IMG/VR virus record: IMGVR_UViG_3300049142_000025
Span: 1 to 46,347 of that record
DNA from: a virus
Lineage: Duplodnaviria; Caudoviricetes
Direction: 5' to 3' (one strand)
DNA: 46,347 nucleotides
The notes below the pieces were generated by a model. That model did not search any database and was not told the origin of the DNA. It worked only from the letters and a program-made list of their open reading frames with translations. Below, piece by piece: positions 43,683 to 46,347 of this stretch; position 1 is the stretch's first letter; the number at the start of each line of letters is the position of its first letter. Position numbers and translations under genes: made by a program.

Positions 43683-43874
43683 ATGACCAGCCAGCCGACC
43701 CACCGCCCCGGCGACCACATCGACCTGTATGACCCGCCCGAGCACTGCGGCGAACCCATGACCGTGTGGAACAGCCGCGACACCACCAGCGCTCACGATG
43801 TGGTCTGCGGCTACGACCTCGACCATGTGCTCCACACCGACTACGACGGCGTAATCCTGTGCACCTCGCAGTAA
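43683..43874 (+). CDS. hypothetical protein
   Basis: AAGGAG RBS. Confidence 0.65.
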   Translation: MTSQPTHRPGDHIDLYDPPEHCGEPMTVWNSRDTTSAHDVVCGYDLDHVLHTDYDGVILCTSQ

Positions 43875-43912
43875 GGGGTGCGATGCCGAATCGCCCGACA
43901 TGGGGAGACCAA

Positions 43913-44089
43913 ATGAGCGAGTGTCAGAACTGCGGAGCCCCTGGCAGCTCGCCGTATTGCAGCGACGACTGCCGCGAGGCTGCCACTGCACCCGAGGTCG
44001 TCACGGAACTCCCGGCCAGCAGCGCCTTGGAAGTCGGCAACCCCCCGATCACCGACCCGTGGGCGTCCGACGCCCGCAACTACCTGTAG
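43913..44089 (+). CDS. small Zn-finger protein
   Basis: GGAG RBS; CQNC...YCSDDC. Confidence 0.6.
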   Translation: MSECQNCGAPGSSPYCSDDCREAATAPEVVTELPASSALEVGNPPITDPWASDARNYL

Positions 44090-44099
44090 GAGAACCGGC

Positions 44100-44321
44100 A
44101 TGACAGAGAAGATCACCGAGCGCGTGGCCATGGCCCGCCACGCCGCAGCTGAACTCATCACCTGGGGCGAATGGGTCGACGGACGCCCAACCGCCACCGC
44201 GACGGACGTCACAGCCAAGACGGGCACCATGTACGGCCAGTACCTCAAGACGCCGATCACCGACGCCGAGGCCGAGGCGGGCCTGCGGTTGGCGCTGAAG
44301 CAGAAGAATCTCACCGCGTGA
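44100..44321 (+). CDS. hypothetical protein
   Basis: AGGAG RBS. Confidence 0.65.
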   Translation: MTEKITERVAMARHAAAELITWGEWVDGRPTATATDVTAKTGTMYGQYLKTPITDAEAEAGLRLALKQKNLTA

Positions 44322-44387
44322 CACGGCGGGTCCCCGACAAGGGAAATTTGCCGGGGGCCCGCATGCACCGTACCTGAATGGAGAACC

Positions 44388-44732
44388 ATGAACGATCACC
44401 CTGACCACCCCCAGGCCGCCCTCTACACCTCCGCCGATCTGGTTGCAGCGCTGTGTGCGGCGGACGAAGAGCGCGACCGGATCCATGCGAAGGAGCTGGA
44501 CGCGGTGCGCGAGACCGAGGACCCGGCCCGCATCGAATGCCTGCGCCCCGAGTTCTTCGAGCACGCCAGCGTCGAAGCGATCGACAGCCAGATCCGGCGG
44601 GCGCAGACGCAGCAGCGCGCATGGGGGGACCGGGAGCGGACGCTGGGCATCCTGCGGCAGGCCCGGGTCAAGCAGATAGAACTCGGCGAGTGGCCCGCCA
44701 CCGGGCAGACCGACGCGGAGTGCCAGTCGTGA
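44388..44732 (+). CDS. hypothetical protein
   Basis: GGAG RBS; helical. Confidence 0.65.
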   Translation: MNDHPDHPQAALYTSADLVAALCAADEERDRIHAKELDAVRETEDPARIECLRPEFFEHASVEAIDSQIRRAQTQQRAWGDRERTLGILRQARVKQIELGEWPATGQTDAECQS

Positions 44733-45103
44733 CCAGCCAGCACCTCACCCTCTTCAGTAGGTGCCTGCTCTCAAAGTGGGGCTTCAACGACGGCGACGAC
44801 CCAGACGACTGGCTGGACTACTGCGACGCCCACGGCATCGACTACAACGAGGTGGACTTCCCACTCGTCGAGTTGGTTCGCCGCTACCTTCTGCCCGCCT
44901 TGGATCAAACGGTGACCGTTGTGGAGATCGGAACGAACCACAATCCGATCCGCGCCCAGACGGTCAACGGCATCGACGTATCGGCGGCGTGGCGCGACAG
45001 GGAACCAGAACTTGCCCTTACACCGGAGTACGTGGAGATCCCCATGGTCGAGGTGGCGCGCGTCGCACTGGATCTCCATGGAGCATCTCGGGAGTCCCGT
45101 TGA
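44729..45103 (+). CDS. hypothetical protein
   Basis: GTGA coupling; LLSKWGFNDGD...GTNHNPIRA. Confidence 0.7.
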   Translation: MTSQHLTLFSRCLLSKWGFNDGDDPDDWLDYCDAHGIDYNEVDFPLVELVRRYLLPALDQTVTVVEIGTNHNPIRAQTVNGIDVSAAWRDREPELALTPEYVEIPMVEVARVALDLHGASRESR

Positions 45104-46116
45104 GCGACCTCACCCCATATCAGCTGGACGCCGCCCCCACCGTCTACGACGCCGCGACGCTCGCCGTCCTGGCCGCCATGGAAGAGGCAGCCGACAAGCA
45201 CCTCGACGCCATCCGCCCCCACAACACCAAACGCAGCTACGCCAACGACTGGGCGTTGTGGGAGGAGTTCCACGACTGGCTCGCCGAACGGACCGGGCAG
45301 CCACTGCCGTTGACTGCCGTCACCAAAGGCACGCTCGTCGGGTTCGTCGTCTGGCTCGACACCATCAAACTCGCCGCCCCCAACTCGATCGACCGCAGGA
45401 TCACCGGCGTCACCGTCACCGCTCGAGCTCGAGGCGTCGAAGTTCCCAAGAGCGCGACCGTTGCCGCACGACAGGCCCTGAAGCCGCTCAAGCTCGACCC
45501 CGAACGGCAAGCTCGAGGACGGGGCCAAGCTCGAGCCGTAACCCCCGAGCAACTCAGGCAGATGAGCGCCGCCGCACCCTCGAGCCTGACCGGGCTCCGC
45601 GACCGTGCGCTCTGGCTGATGGCCTTCGGCATCGCAGGCCGCTCAGCCGAGGTGGCCGCCCTCACGGTCGAAGGCATCGTCCTCTCGAGCATGGGCCTCG
45701 AGGTGCACGTCCCCTCCGTGAAAGGGCGCCCCTCTCGAGACGTTGTAGCCGCCTACGGCAAACACCCTGACACCTGCCCCGTCCGAGCCTGGTCTACATG
45801 GAAAGCCTCGAGCGGCATCTCGAGCGGGCCCGCATTCCTGCCCATCGACGTGTGGGGCAACGTCGGCTCGAGGAGCCTCTCCGCCGAAGCCTGTCGCGAG
45901 ATCATCGCCCGCAACGCTGAACGCGCCGGGATCGCCGTGCGCCTGACCGGCCACTCGATGCGCGCCGGTTTCATCACGACCTCGAGGATCGCCGGGAAGC
46001 GAGAAGAGAAGATCCGCGCACAGTCCGGGCATGCCGAGAACAGCCCCGCCTTCTGGGGATACATTCGCGAAGCCGACAAGTGGACCGACGCCGCCAGCGT
46101 GGACATCGGGCTGTAG
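45100..46116 (+). CDS. tyrosine recombinase (Cre-like)
   Basis: Catalytic R (AGRSAEV), K (SVKG), HxxR (HSMR), H (SGH), Y (GYIR); SAM-like N-terminal domain; TTGA coupling. Confidence 0.9.
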   Translation: MSDLTPYQLDAAPTVYDAATLAVLAAMEEAADKHLDAIRPHNTKRSYANDWALWEEFHDWLAERTGQPLPLTAVTKGTLVGFVVWLDTIKLAAPNSIDRRITGVTVTARARGVEVPKSATVAARQALKPLKLDPERQARGRGQARAVTPEQLRQMSAAAPSSLTGLRDRALWLMAFGIAGRSAEVAALTVEGIVLSSMGLEVHVPSVKGRPSRDVVAAYGKHPDTCPVRAWSTWKASSGISSGPAFLPIDVWGNVGSRSLSAEACREIIARNAERAGIAVRLTGHSMRAGFITTSRIAGKREEKIRAQSGHAENSPAFWGYIREADKWTDAASVDIGL

Positions 46117-46144
46117 CCGCCCGCGCCGTGCCACACTGGCCGCA

Positions 46145-46176
46145 GGCCCGCCTCGCATCCCCCGTCGAGGCGGGCC
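46145..46176. terminator. hairpin terminator
   Basis: GGCCCGCCTCG...CGAGGCGGGCC followed by CTTT. Confidence 0.65.
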
Positions 46177-46184
46177 CTTTGCTG

Positions 46185-46347
46185 TCAGACGCTCTGGCGG
46201 TCCTGCTGCTTCTTCTCCACCCAGAGGTCGCGGACGCTGGTAGTGAGGGTGCCTTCGGTCTGCTCGTAGTGGGAGAGGGCGACGCCGAGGCCGAAGAGGG
46301 TGGGTGCCCATTCGCCGACGAAGATGCCCCAGCGGTCGGCGCGGGCG
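46185..46347 (-). CDS. 3' part of a second copy of the 42964..43257 membrane protein gene (runs off the window)
   Basis: Identical 127 bp, then a diverged C-terminus LWVEKKQQDRQSV*. Confidence 0.75.
   Translation of the reverse strand, partial: ARADRWGIFVGEWAPTLFGLGVALSHYEQTEGTLTTSVRDLWVEKKQQDRQSV

Overview
A high-GC, Streptomyces-type siphovirus (pro)phage fills the window. From the left: early/regulatory genes (1-4.7 kb), a fibre/tailspike cluster placed unusually upstream of the packaging genes (4.9-10 kb), then HNH, terminase, portal, scaffold, major capsid, a glycosyltransferase, neck and tail genes (with a -1 frameshift), and a lysis cassette (34.5-37 kb). The accessory right arm has lipoproteins, a serine resolvase with res-like repeats, and a Cre-like tyrosine recombinase. 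The standout is a module between the packaging HNH and TerS: a Zn-finger HNH, a solitary Cas7/RAMP-like gene (12407-12979), a winged-helix/coiled-coil gene, and a non-coding array of three units. Each unit is a run of 5-nt-periodic GGY-NN pentamers closed by a covarying YACG-tetraloop hairpin (13524-13851). This suggests an RNA-guided, non-CRISPR system resembling my unverified recollection of VIPR systems. Other oddities: a conserved structured leader before three unrelated endonuclease genes, and 12 CTCGAG sites packed into the tyrosine recombinase gene of a genome that otherwise appears to avoid them. All calls come from reading motifs by eye; no database searches were run.
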